The notes under the pieces were generated by a model, which worked only from the letters and a program-made list of their open reading frames with translations, did not search any database and was not told where the DNA came from. From positions 131,395 through 195,394 of the forward strand of contig NMRA01000178.1 in the NCBI GenBank assembly GCA_002633005.1: a DNA stretch of 64,000 nt, given 5' to 3'. Positions 63,994 to 64,000 of the stretch are shown piece after piece. The stretch comes from Phoronis australis. Lineage: Eukaryota > Animalia > Phoronida. Numbering within the stretch: position 1 is the stretch's first letter; every line of letters begins with the position of its first letter. The translations under genes were made by a program, and so were the position numbers.

Positions 63994-64000
63994 CATCTGG

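Noticed and set aside
50730-64000. Host protein-coding gene
   Set aside because: Short ORFs show no recognisable domains or phase-compatible exon chain.

Overview
Eukaryotic (animal, probably a marine invertebrate/lophotrochozoan; inference) AT-rich genomic DNA with spliceosomal introns. Exon-by-exon reading with consistent GT-AG phases gives four complete genes: TMEM9-family (+, 986-6494), MAPK8IP1/JIP1 (-, 12039-25506), ATP5PB (+, 25661-32647) and INCENP (-, 36554-49665), plus the probable first exon of an unidentified gene (-, 503-706). There are two very compact head-to-head promoters. I could not support any host gene in 50.7-64 kb, which holds non-autonomous DNA transposons, an N gap and a 67-bp satellite. 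Three patterns stand out. (1) Many splice junctions are copied into, or flanked by, tandem 'echo' repeats in the neighbouring intron, some creating decoy splice sites and one antisense to its acceptor. (2) A long foldback MITE family with 9-bp TSDs and a CRE at its centre appears only next to gene starts. (3) Smaller items: a head-to-head tRNA-derived palindrome, Penelope relics with a decayed hammerhead, hAT-like elements with 5-, 6- and 8-bp TSDs, and a satellite with strict dimeric higher-order structure. Coordinates were read by eye and may be off by a few bases.
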